DNA of 64,000 bases, taken from assembly GCA_963798215.1 (NCBI GenBank), contig CAWCSP010000005.1:259539-323538 (forward strand), read 5' to 3'. The notes beneath the pieces were generated by a model that was not told where the DNA came from, did no database searches, and saw only the letters and a program-made list of their open reading frames with translations. The position numbers and the translations under genes are program-made. Each line of letters opens with the position of its first letter. Within the stretch, counting starts at the first letter, position 1. Positions 39,555 through 50,226 of the stretch are shown piece by piece. This DNA comes from an uncultured Acidobacteriota bacterium (GTDB taxonomy: Bacteria; Acidobacteriota; Thermoanaerobaculia; UBA5066).

Positions 39555-39627
39555 ACGCTCGACGCAGCCGCCTCACCCTCGTCACCACCGGGTTCACGGG
39601 TGAACGAGTCTTCGAGATAATGGCCTC

Positions 39628-39846
39628 GTGGAAGCCGTTCTCGACTGGAAAGAGAGGGTCGTGTTCGATCCTGACGTGTGTCATGGCCAAGCCTGCATCA
39701 AGGGCAGCCGTGTGCTCGTCTCAGTCGTTCTCGACAGCCTCGCCTCAGGCAAGGCAGAAGACGCGATCGCGCGCGACTTTCAGATTTCCCGAGAGGACGT
39801 GCGTGCGGCGCTTCTCTACGCGGGGTATCGCCTCACGCGACGCTGA
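39628..39846 (+). CDS. DUF433 domain protein (antitoxin-like)
   Basis: DPDVCHGQACIKGSRVLVSVVLDSLASG...EDAIARDFQISREDVRAAL. Confidence 0.75.
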   Translation: MEAVLDWKERVVFDPDVCHGQACIKGSRVLVSVVLDSLASGKAEDAIARDFQISREDVRAALLYAGYRLTRR

Positions 39847-40081
39847 ACGCGTCTCGGTACGCGTACAGGGCCTCGGGCGCGATGTCCGCCCCGTTCGGCC
39901 ACGACACGGTCCAGCCGTCGACGATGAACTGCTTGAAGTAATCCACGTCCTTGAGGGGCTCGAAAACCGGTCCCTTGAGCCACTGGGCGAAATCGATCGT
40001 CTTCTCGGTGCCGTCAGCGAACCTCACCTCGAGCCGGTAGTCGGCAAGGTGGCGGGCGGCGGTCACGACGGGAGTGGCCAT
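39833..40081 (-). CDS. DUF2442 domain protein
   Basis: YRLEVRFADGTEKTIDF...WPNGADIAPEALY. Confidence 0.75.
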   Translation of the reverse strand: MATPVVTAARHLADYRLEVRFADGTEKTIDFAQWLKGPVFEPLKDVDYFKQFIVDGWTVSWPNGADIAPEALYAYRDAFSVA

Positions 40082-40090
40082 GCGCGAATT

Positions 40091-40351
40091 CTACCGAAGA
40101 GGTTCGATGTAGTTCATTGGAAGGCCCTGCTCGGACCGCCGCCAGTCCTCCTGAAGCTCCCGGACGTGGAGCCCCGCCCATTCCCTGATGAGCCTCAGAG
40201 CCACGCGCGACCGCATCTCGCCGGCAATGAGATTTCCGGCAAAGTCGAACGACCCGCGCTCGCCCTGGTATTCGGCGTGGAAGTGCGGCGGGCCGTGGTC
40301 GCTGTAGAACATGCGGACCAGGATTCCGAAGAACGAAGAAATCGTCGGCAC
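40091..40351 (-). CDS. DUF4160 domain protein
   Basis: FGILVRMFYSDHGPPHFHAEYQGE. Forms the common DUF4160-DUF2442 pair with the downstream gene. Confidence 0.78.
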   Translation of the reverse strand: MPTISSFFGILVRMFYSDHGPPHFHAEYQGERGSFDFAGNLIAGEMRSRVALRLIREWAGLHVRELQEDWRRSEQGLPMNYIEPLR

Positions 40352-40440
40352 GGGTCAAGTCTAGGCGGCGCCGAGAACGTCTTCCAGACTTACCTCGGCC
40401 CTTTGATCCACGCCGCGTCCCAGCTTACGATCGTCTCGAA

Positions 40441-40608
40441 ATGGCAAGGCAAGTGCGCCGGTTCGACGTCGTCATCGAAAAAGACAGCGACGGCTATCTC
40501 GTTGCGTGGGTGCCGGCTCTCCCCGGCTGCCACACGCAGGCGCGATCTCACGACGAGCTCACGAAGCGCATTCGCGAGGCGATCGAGCTGTGCCTCGAGG
40601 TCGTCTGA
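40441..40608 (+). CDS. HicB/UPF0150-family antitoxin-like miniprotein (55 aa; below the ORF-track cutoff)
   Basis: Own translation: MARQVRRFDVVIEKDSDGYLVAWVPALPGCHTQARSHDELTKRIREAIELCLEVV. Confidence 0.6.
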   Translation: MARQVRRFDVVIEKDSDGYLVAWVPALPGCHTQARSHDELTKRIREAIELCLEVV

Positions 40609-40665
40609 ACGGTCGATAGCGTCTAGCCACGTGACCAGGTGTCGCCGAGAAGAGGCGGCCGCCTG

Positions 40666-43600
40666 ATGCACCTCTCCTCCGTCCCCCTCACCCTCGCCGC
40701 CACCGACCTCGGCCGCTTCCTCGCGTGCCGGCACCTCACCGGCCTCGACGTCGACGTCGCCTACGGCCGCCGGGCGAAGCCGCCGAAGTACCCCGACCCC
40801 TTCCTCGACCTCCTCATCAACCGCGGCCTCGCCCACGAGAAGGACTACCTCGGGAAGATCGAGAAGGCCGAGGCTCGGCCGTCCTCGACCTCACCGACAT
40901 TCCACGACGCCGACGCCGTCGAACGCACCCTCGAAGCCATGAAGGCCGGACAGCCCGCCATCGCGCAGGGCGCGCTCGCGGCGCGACGGCTGGTACGGCC
41001 GGCCCGACTTCCTCCAGAAGGTCGCAAAGCCCAGCTCCCTCGGCCCCTTCTCCTACGAAGCCATCGACACGAAGCTCTCCCGCGAGACGCGCGGCGCCAC
41101 GATCCTCCAGCTGTCGCTTCTACTCGGACCTGCTCGGCGCCGTGCAGGGCGTCCCGCCCGAGATCTTCCACGTCGTCACCCCGCTTCGCGACGGAGCAGT
41201 ACCGCGTCGCCGACTTCGCCGCCTACTACCGCCTCGTCAAGCGGCGCCTCGTGGAAGCGGCCGGGGGCGACATCGCCGCCCTCCTCGCCGCCAACTACCC
41301 CGAGCCCGTCGACTACTGCGACGTCTGCCGCTGGTGCAAGCCGTGCGACAAGCGCCGTCACGCCGACGACCACCTCTCCCTCGTCGCCGGCATCACGCGC
41401 CTCAACCGGCGCGAGTTCGAAGTCGAACGACGTCAAGACGCTCGAGCGCCTCGGCGACCTCGTCCTCCCCATCCCGTTCAAGCCGGCCAAGGGCTCGAAG
41501 GAGTCGCTCGAGAAGGCGCAGGGCCAGGCCCGCGTCCAGCTCGCGGGGCGCCGCGCCCACGCGCCCATCCACGAGCTGCTGCCCGTCGAAGACGGGCCGC
41601 GGCCTCGCGCGCCTGCCCGAGCCCTCGCCCGGCGACGTCTTCCTCGACCTCGAAGGCGACCACTTCGCCGAGGAAGGCCCGCGCGAGTACCTCTTCGGGA
41701 TGACGATCCTCGAAGGCCCCGGCAAGACGCGCCACGTCTCGAAGCTGGGCCGTCGACGCGGCGCCGACGAGAAAGCGCGTCTTCGAAGAAATCCTCGACG
41801 AAATCTCCCAGCTCTGGAAAGCCAACCCAGGGCTCCACGTCTACCACTACGCGCCCTACGAGCCCACCGCGTTCAAGAGGCTCATGGGCCGGCACGCCAC
41901 GCGCGCCCGCGAGCTCGACCGCATGCTGCGCGCCGAGCTGTTCGTCGACCTCCTGGCCGTCGTCAAGCAGGGCCTCAGGGCCAGCGTCGAGTCGTACTCC
42001 ATCAAGAAGCTCGAGGAGTTCTACGGCTTCACGCGCGAGGCCGACCTGCGCGACGCGGGCGCCGCCCGCCGGGCCGTCGAGTTCTCTCTCCAGACGGGCG
42101 ACCTCACCGTCCTCACCCCCGAGGTCAAACGCCTCGTCGCCCTCTACAACGAGGAAGACTGCGTCTCGGCCCTGCGCCTGCGCGACTGGCTCGAAACCCT
42201 GCGGCCCGACATTCCCCGGCCGCCGCGCAAGGACGGCGACGAGAGCGAGCAGCAGGAGCAGCGCAGCAAGGACGTCCAGGACGCGATGGACGCGCTCCTG
42301 AAGGGCGTTCCCGACGAGAAGACCCAGCGCACGAAAGAGCAGCACGCCCGCTGGCTTCTCGCCCACATGCTCGAGTTCCACCGCCGCGAAGACAAGGTCA
42401 CGTGGTGGGAGTTCTACCGGCTGCGCGACCTCACCGACGAAGACGACCTCCTCGACGAGCGCAAGGTGATCGCGGGAATGAGATTCCTGAAAAGGGTCGG
42501 AGGCACGAAGAAGTGCCCGATCGACCGATACACGTTTCCTTCGCAGGACATCGACGCCCGCGAAGACGACACGCTGAAGACCAGCGACGAAGGAACCCTC
42601 GGGCATATCGAAGCCATCGACCGCGACAAGCGCACCGTCGACATCAAGAAAACGCAGAAGAAGGCCGACGAGCACCCTTCGTGGGCATTCGTCCATTCCT
42701 ACATCTCCTCGAAGGAAATCGTCGCCTCCCTCATGAGCCTCGCCGCCGACATCGCGAAGAACGGCTTCACCCCGAAGTCCGCCGCCCGCGACCTCCTCCT
42801 CGGCAATCCCCCGCGCCTGAAGAAGGGCGCGTTCGGGCCGACGAAGGGCGAAGACCCGGTCGACTTCGCCAAGCGCACCGTCCTCTCCCTCGACCGCTCG
42901 CTCCTCGCCATCCAGGGCCCGCCCGGAGCGGGGAAGACGTACACCGGCGCGCGGATGATCGTCGCCTGCGTCGACGCGGGCCTCAAGGTCGGCATCACCG
43001 CCGTCAGCCACAAGGTCATCCGCAACCTCCTCGACGCCGTCCTCGAAGCCGCCCGCGAGATGAAGGTCTCCGTCCCCTGCGTCCAGAAGATCAAGACCGG
43101 CGCCGAGAAGTCCGACCCGCCCATCCCCGGCATCGTCGAAGTCACCGACAACGCCGGCGTCCTCGCCGCGCTCGACGACGGCTCCGCGCAGGTCGGCGCC
43201 GGCACGGCCTGGATGTGGTCGCGCGACGAGTACGCCGGCGCCGTCGACGTCCTCTTCGTGGACGAGGCCGGCCAGGCCTCCCTCGCCAACGTCCTCGCCA
43301 TGGCCCAGGCCGCGAAAAGCGTCGTCCTCCTCGGCGACCCGCAGCAGCTCGAGCAGCCGCAGCGCGGCACGCACCCCGAAGGCGTCGACGCCTCGGCCCT
43401 CGAGCACCTCCTCGCCGGCAGCAAGACGATGCCGAACGACCGCGGCATCTTCCTCGACAAGACGTGGCGCCTCCCGCCCGCCATCTGCGCCTTCACGTCC
43501 GAGCTGTTCTACGAAGGCCGCCTCGAATCGCGCCCCGAGCAGGAGCAGCAGAAGCTCTCCGGCGCGCCGCCCTACGAGGGCGCGGGGCTGTGGTTCGTGC

Positions 43601-44082
43601 CCGTCGAGCACGACGGCAACACGAACTCTTCCGACGAGGAAGTGAAGGCCGTCGAGGCCATCGTCGACACGCTCCTCAAGAAGGGCAGCCGCTGGACGAA
43701 CCAGAAGGGCGAGACGAAGCAGGTCACGCCCGACGACATCCTCGTCGTCGCCCCCTTCAACGCGCAGGTCAACCGCCTGCAGGACGCGCTCGACTCGAAG
43801 GGCATCCGCGTCGGCACGGTGGACAGGTTCCAGGGGCAGGAAGGCGCCATCGTCATCTACTCGATGGCCACGTCACGGCCCGAGGACGCGCCGCGAGGGA
43901 TGGAATTCCTCTACGATCTCAACCGCTTGAACGTCGCGACGTCGAGGGCCCGCTGCGCGTGCATTCTCGTGGCCTCGCCGCGCCTGCTCGAGCCCGACTG
44001 CAAGACGCCGAGGCAGATGCGGCTGGCGAATGCGATGTGCAGATATGCAGAGCTTTTCAGAAACGGTACTGGCGCACACTGA
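40666..44082 (+). pseudogene. RecB-like (TM0106-type) nuclease / RNase H-like / SF1 DNA2-type helicase fusion; frame broken about 6 times in the first 1.1 kb
   Basis: Stitched protein: LAATDLGRFLACRHL..., GWYGRPDFLQKV...YEAIDTKLS (PD-(D/E)XK), CDVCRWCKPC, DLEGDHF...YHYAPYEPTAFKRL. Intact helicase from 41884: GPPGAGKTY, FVDEAGQ, GDPQQL, VDRFQGQE, LNVATSRAR. Each frame step is +1, near 40983, 41119, 41187, 41427, 41594 and 41744. Confidence 0.8.
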
Positions 44083-44100
44083 AATCAAGAAGGAGTAAAC

Positions 44101-44274
44101 ATGCTCGACTTCATCTGTCATGGTTGCAACCAGAAACGTCCGATGACCCAGGTCCGCGAGTGCCCCACCTGCCACAGGGTTCTCTGCGATTCCTGTCGCC
44201 GTGGAGTGACGACCTGCAAGGACTCGGACAAGGGTACGGCCGGGTGCAGCGGTCAGCTGCAACAGAAGCGCTGA
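44101..44274 (+). CDS. Zinc-ribbon miniprotein (57 aa; below the ORF-track cutoff)
   Basis: Own translation: MLDFICHGCNQKRPMTQVRECPTCHRVLCDSCRRGVTTCKDSDKGTAGCSGQLQQKR. AGGAG lies 5 nt upstream. First gene after the GC drop. Confidence 0.5.
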   Translation: MLDFICHGCNQKRPMTQVRECPTCHRVLCDSCRRGVTTCKDSDKGTAGCSGQLQQKR

Positions 44275-44279
44275 GAATT

Positions 44280-44366
44280 CGCTTGAACGTCGCGATGTCG
44301 ATGGCTTCTTTTGCATCGTTTCTGTGGTCGCGCCGCACCTCCTTTCCTTCTGGAGATTGCAATGAC
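44280..44366 (+). repeat. Decayed second copy of the helicase 3' end (motif VI region)
   Basis: CGCTTGAACGTCGCGAtGTCGAtGGC... aligns with 43924-44010 at an offset of 356 nt: first 26 nt 24/26, roughly 75% over the first ~65 nt, weaker beyond that, with indels. Translates RLNVAMSMASFASFLW..DCN versus RLNVATSRARCACILV..DCK. Confidence 0.65.
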
Positions 44367-45838
44367 AGCTCGACGTTTGCCGCCTAACGCAGCACGCCTA
44401 GTTCACGCCCTGCGCGCAATCGGATACACGTTGGAGCAGGCGACGGCGGACATCATTGACAACTGGATCGCTGCGGGCGCAAAACACGTGTCCGTTCATA
44501 TAGAGACGGCCTCAGACGAAGTCAGCCGGATCTTGATTGCTGACGATGGAGGCGGAATGACGCGAGATCGCCTCTGGGAGGCGATGCGCTTTGGCTCCGA
44601 TTCCAAGTACGACGACGAACTCCGGAAAGTACGGCATGGGGCTCAAGCTGGCGTCCTTAAGTCAGGGCGAGGTCTTGGACGTATTTACGGCGCGGCAAGG
44701 AGAGCGGGTGGGCTGTCGCTTGTCAGTGGAAAGCATTAGCGACGACTGGCGGGTTGACTCCATCGAACAATCCGATTGCGTGCGTGAGCTCAGGTCAGGG
44801 AGGCTGCCGGGCGATTCCAAAACATCACGCTCGTAGTCTGGTCGAGCTTGGACCGTCTGAAGAATCGAAATGGAGCGGTGCGAACCGCCGAAGTGCTACT
44901 TCATCGTCTCCGTACTCATCTGGGGATGCACTTTCATCGGTTCATTGAACGAGGTCACCTCAAGATCAACCTCGAATCGGCCACCATCGGAGAGGATCCC
45001 GAAGACACGATCGCGGTTCCGGCTCTCAACCCATTCCAGTACGACGAACCCGGCCATCCGGAGTATCCGAAGATATTCAATCTAAGCCTGCCCAGCGACC
45101 ATCAGCTGCTCAAAGGCTCACATCGGCCGCCGCTGTCCGATAGCAGAGCCTATAAGCTCGACGGCAAGGTGGCCGCGAGGCAGGGCCTCTACTTCTACAG
45201 GCGGGACCGTCTTGTTCAAGCAGGTGGCTGGAATGATGGGACGAATGACGCCGAGCCTCACTCCTCGCTTGCCCGGGTCGCCGTGAACCTCCCAGCAGAC
45301 GTAGAAGACCTGTTTGCCTTGGATATTAAGAAGTCAGGAGTCCGCGAGCCACCGGGGTTTGCGGATTCGCTGCGAAAGGCAACTGCTCCCGACGGCACGG
45401 GTTTCCCTGAGTATCGCAGGACGGCACAGGACGTGTACCGGGGCGAGCTGCGCGTACTGATCGGAGTACGTTCCCCCTAGTGCCGTGGCTCGGAATCAAG
45501 GCAAGCCTACGTGCTCGAATCAGCGACCTGCTAGCCCATCGGACCACACGAACCCGGCGGATTGATATCAGCTGGGGTGACTTGGACGAGGGACAGGTCT
45601 TTTCGGTGGACAGGGACTCCGATTCACCGGTCCTCACCCTAAACCGTAGACTACGAAGGCGCATTCTGTCCGGCCAGCCGGCGTCAGGAGCGGATGCTCA
45701 GTTATTGAAGATTCTTCTCTTCCTCCTTCTCCGCGACGATCTCGATGCGGGAGGCTCTCAAAGCAAATTGCCGCCCGCGAGCAGACGATCAACAACATTC
45801 TGCTTCATGCAGTTATGTCACTCGAGTCCGATGACTGA
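44362..45838 (+). pseudogene. MORC-like GHKL ATPase (HATPase_c_3), frame broken about 4 times
   Basis: Bergerat N-box ADIIDNWIAAGA, ILIADDGGGM, GKYGMGLKLASLSQG, ITLVVWSSLDRL. Breaks near 44622, 44812, 45479 and 45750. Its stop overlaps the next ATG (ATGACTGA). Confidence 0.8.
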
Positions 45839-46822
45839 CCGGCACCGAACTTGGAGTCTGTTCAACGAGATGTGATCGACTCGCGCGCGCCCGCGCTAAT
45901 TCCTATAGACGGCAAGCCCGAGGCCGAGTTCTTCTTTGATCCGTCAGTGCCGCGGCTGGGACTTCGACACCCAGTGCCGCACATGGGGAGCGCGCCGATC
46001 TAGCCATCAGTTCGACAGCCCTGCGGCTGCTTTACGTTGTCAGTTCCCGGGGATCAGCCTTGGAACTTTCGACTGAAGTCCCTGGAAGTACCTTCCGGCA
46101 CTTCTATGGTTTTGCAACGGACGTAGTGGACCGCGTCCGACTGCTTGGCCAGCAACTCTCGGCGGCGCTACGTGAGTCGTTTCGCGAGATGCGCCGCCTG
46201 TTGCAGGCGGATAGCCAACTCACGCTGGCGAGCCAGCTCGGACTGATGGGCGAGCTCTTCGTGCTGAAGCATAGCTGTGCCGCGAGCGGTGCATCCGCGG
46301 TCCTGGGATGGATCGCGCCCCACGGCGAGCCGCACGACTTTGCTTTAGCGCACTGCGATGTTGAGGTGAAGGTATCGTTGAAAGCGGGCCATACCCACGT
46401 CATAAGCAGCCCCGAGCAACTCGAGCGGACGCCAGGGAGGCGGCTTTTCGTCGTTTCACTGCTTCTTGCACCGGCGGGCTCTGGGGGAAGGTTTCACGCT
46501 GGTGGAGTGCGTTAGATATGTGAGGGAACTGCTGATTGCGACCTGCCCCGAGCGAGAACTTTTCGAATCCCTCCTCACTAGGGTGGGATTCCGCGACGCA
46601 GATGGGTCGCTCTATGATGACCGTTGGACGTTCCGCTCACCCCCGTACGTGGTGCCCGTAACAGATAGCGTGCCGGCGCTGACCCGGGGCGCCCTGCACA
46701 ACGCGTTAGGCACGGAAGGTATGGCGCGACTCGGCTCCGTGGTCTACGAGCTCTCTTTCCAAGGGCTCGGCCATTCAGACCCAGACTTCGCGATCGTGAA
46801 AGGACTTCCCATTGAACGCTGA
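45831..46822 (+). pseudogene. DUF4420-type PD-(D/E)XK motif protein, frame broken about 3 times
   Basis: GLMGELFVL...GEPHDFALAHCDVEVKVS (D...ExK), LFVVSLLL, GFTLVECVRYVRELL. Breaks near 45870, 45985 (GGGG run) and 46485 (GGGGG run). Confidence 0.75.
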
Positions 46823-49728
46823 CGGCGACGGGGCTCTTACTGACCTGCTCACCCTCTATTCAGGCGACGATGGGCGCTTGGGGCCATCCGACATCGGCCG
46901 GGGCCTCCGCCAGCTGTCTGAAATGCGCGCAATCGCGGTTGAGGCTGAGGGGCGGGCGATCGCGACGGGCCGCTTGCTCTCGGCGGACCCGAACGACGTC
47001 TTCCGCTGCCGCTTCGAACGCGCCCTTCGTGTGTGGGATTATGCGGAGGCCGCGTGGACCGAGGGCACGCAGCCCTGCACAGAGCTCCGGCAGACAGCTC
47101 ATCTATCGGCTACTGGGGCTCTCGACCGACGAAGCAGCCCACTGCACGCAGCTAGTACCGGTTGCGACGACGGCGGAACGCGCGACCATCCTGGCCGCCG
47201 AGCACGCCGAGTGGTACACGCTCGACCGAAAGCGTGCGAATGCCTTCTATTGGCCGTCGCTGGTCAAGCACCTGGGCGAAGCGCGCAATCTTACCGGTAC
47301 CGCGCTTAACGAGCTGGATCGGATGACGGACCTCGTCATGCGCAACCTCTCCGATCCGTCGAGACGCGAGGCATTCCAGAGTAAGGGCTTGGTGGTCGGC
47401 TTCGTTCAGAGTGGCAAGACCACGACTTTACCGGCGTCATCGCGAAGGCGATCGACGCTGGATATCGGCTGATCATCGTCCTGGCTGGCACCGTGGACAT
47501 TCTGCGTGATCAGACACAGCGTCGCCTCGACAAGGACTTGGTCGGCAAGGAACTTCTGAAGGCTGAAACGCTACCTGGAAGAGCAACAACGGAATACGAA
47601 ACCGATGACGACTGGGACGAATTCACAGAGCATGGGGGCCTTCCGCGGAATCTCGGAGGCACAGACATAATCCGCCTAACGACCTCGAGTGCGGACTACC
47701 GCGCCCTCCGACGGGGACTTCACGCGCTGGGAACTGCTCGGACCGTATGGAGACCGACCCGTCTGGGATCCGCAGAACCTGCGGACGATACCCGCCAGAC
47801 CGTGGTTCTGAAAGAAGAATCCGAAGGCGTTGAAGGACTTCATTACCGACCTCCAGCGGTTGCAGCGAACCCCTCTCTCGGAGATTCCGCGCTCGTGATC
47901 GACGACGAGTCGGATCAAGCGTCACTCAACATCCGCAGGCGCACAAGGGCGGAGCGCGAAGCCGCCAGGAAGGAGCGCAACGCTCGCACGAGCATTAACG
48001 GCCACATCGTTGAGTTGTTGGGTGCTTTACATCGCAGCCAATATGTGGGTTATACAGCAACGCCATTTGCCAATGTCTTCGTAGATCCCAATGACGCAAG
48101 CGACCTATTCCCTAAGGACTTTATCGAGGTCCTCCGAAAGCCAGACGGCTACATGGGAATAGAGGACTTCTTCGGCCTGTCTGGGTCAGCCGCAACCGGT
48201 CGCAAGGAGGAAGACTTCGTGCGGCACGTGTCCGGCGCTGACGACGCGAAGCACAACCTGCCCGAGGCCATCGACGCTTTCCTCCTTGCTGGCGCGGTTA
48301 AGCTGTTTCGACAGAAGGCCGGGGAGCGAGTGTCCGTTCGCCACCACACGATGCTGATCCACACATCCTCCAGCCAGGATGCGCATGATGCCGACCGGGC
48401 GAAAGTGGAAGAGTGCTTCATACGGGGAAAGTATTTTGGGAAGGACTCATTGAAACGCCTTGAGACGCTTTATGAGAGCGATTTCGCCAGGGTTAGCGCT
48501 AAGCGGCGAACGGCCACGGGCGCCAGCACTCTTCCTGAGTTTGTCAAGCTGCATTCTTATCTCGAGGAGGTGTTGGATAAGGTGAAGGCCCGACCGGTAC
48601 GCGTGGTCAATGGTCGTAACCCGGGTGATACGCCGGATTTCGAGCGATCGCGTGTGTGGTCAATTCTGGTTGGAGGCACGAAGTTATCGCGTGGATATAC
48701 GGTCGAGGGACTGACTGTTGGTTACTACCGTCGGCATCCGCAGACCGCCGATGCCTTGATGCAAATGGGACGTTGGTTCGGCTTTCGGGAAGGCTATTCT
48801 GACCTTGTCAGGCTCTATGTGGATCGACCGGACGAGGATTCCGCGGACGGGTTCGACCTATTGGAAGCCTTCAAGGGTGTGTGTGCTGACGAACAAGTGT
48901 TCCGGGAAACGGTTCGTCGTTATTCGATCGGCACCAGCCCTAGGCTTCTCCCTAAAGACCTGCCGCCTGGTTCCCTGTCATCTTCTGCGGCCGACGTCCA
49001 ACAACAAGATGTTCAATGCCGTCCTTGTCTCCGAAAACCTCGGAGGTCTGTGGGCTGAGAGGACGGTCGCTCCACGGCAAACAAGACAGATTTCGGAGAA
49101 TCGGGCACTAGCTGAAGAGATGCTGTCTGGGCGCGAGATCCTAAAGGGCCGAGCGACCGCGGCTGACGGGGCATTTGAGTATTTATGGAGCTGGCTGCCG
49201 AACGACAAGATGGCGGCATTCCTCGGCGGGTATCGATGGGATTCGGGCATCTGATGCCCTTGCGACCGTCAAATCTTTTATTTCAGGTGCGCTGGGCGCC
49301 CCTGGTTTCAGTGACTGGGTAGTCCTGATGCCACAGCTAACGAAGAGTCCTCTTGGGGCGTGGACGGTTAGGGAGGGCGTAGGGGTTTCAGTTACAAAGC
49401 GCTCGCGGGATCCGCGATCGCCTTACGGGCGCTTCAAAGCCTTCAGTCACCCGGACATCGAGTCCTGATGGAGTCGATCGTGCGGGATCGAATGCGCCCA
49501 GCGCCATTGATGGCCGAACGCCTAGCCCCGTCAGTCGCTGGCTGTCTTATCTATCCGTGTCGGGACGGCGTATCCGAAGACGTCACCATCGGTTTTGCCC
49601 TTTTCTTTCCGGAGAACCAGATTCAAGAGAATGCCAGATTCTCAGTGCGAGATCCGTCAAGGCAGGACGACGTGGTGGTGAACGTGCGGCCGATCCGGTC
49701 GTCACAGCCGCGGAGGGGAAGAGTCTAG
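46812..49728 (+). pseudogene. Z1-domain protein (P-loop/helicase-like partner of GHKL-DUF4420 modules), frame broken at least 8 times
   Basis: GLVVGFVQSGKT..FTGVIAKAIDAGYRLIIVLAGTVDILRDQTQRRL, ALVIDDESDQASLN, YVGYTATPFANVF, LVGGTKLSRGYTVEGLTV, MQMGRWFGFREGY. Breaks near 47095, 47425, 47708, 47800-47812, 47888, 48965, 49245 and 49455. Confidence 0.75.
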
Positions 49729-49792
49729 AGGCCGGCTCTCGCTTCAACGGCGCTGAGCGTGGAGGTGCTGGACCGCTGGGCGACCCGAGGCT

Positions 49793-50226
49793 TCAGTAGA
49801 AAGGGCGGCGGCGCGTGGTCGAACGGATGCCACGGAGCACCGTCTCCACCGCTTCAGAGGCTCGCGTTTCGCACTCCCAGATCACGCGAACGGACCAGCC
49901 GGCGCGGCGGAGAGCGGCCGCCTTCCGTCGATCGCGCGCGGCGGTTTCGGCCCGCTTCTTCGACCAGAACTCCGGATTTGTTGCGGGTACGACGCGCCCG
50001 AATCGGCATGAATGAAGGTGCCAGAAGCAGCCGTCGACGAAGACGGCTGTCTTCAGTTTTGGGAAGACGAGGTCAGGTCGGCCGGGGAGCGATTTCCGGT
50101 GAAGTCGGAAGCGCATGCCGAGCCTATGGGCGATGCGGCGGACGATGAGTTTGCGGGTGTCGTGTCGCGGTCGCGGACGGCCTGCATGTTTCGCCGGCGC
50201 TGAGCCGGCGTCAGGACGTCGGTCAC
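49793..50226 (-). pseudogene. vsr: Very-short-patch repair endonuclease, one frame break
   Basis: TPAQRRRNMQAVRDRDTTP / KLIVRRIAHRLGMRFRLHRKSLPGRPDLVFP...FVDGCFWH...VIWECE. Break near 50150-50157. GTG start overlaps the endonuclease stop (GTGA). Confidence 0.8.

Noticed and set aside
40983-41744. Six same-direction (+1) frame steps in the nuclease domain as programmed ribosomal frameshifting.
   Set aside because: No slippery heptamers or shared sequence context at the six sites. Six programmed events in one gene would be unprecedented. Indels, real or assembly-derived, are far more likely.
40725-44387. 1220-aa ORF in frame 0 spanning the whole nuclease-helicase locus.
   Set aside because: Most of it is Arg/Pro-rich nonsense. 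Only two short stretches (FYSDLLGAVQGVPPEIFHVVTPL; GRGLARLPEPSPGDVFLDLEGDHFAEEGPREYLFGM) are meaningful, and they are frame-shifted pieces of the real gene.
47809-47811. In-frame TGA inside the Z1 gene as selenocysteine (selB is present in the window).
   Set aside because: The local sequence is equally explained by two compensating 1-nt indels (ARP-VVL-KKNPKAL). No SECIS-like hairpin follows, and the gene is riddled with other frame breaks.
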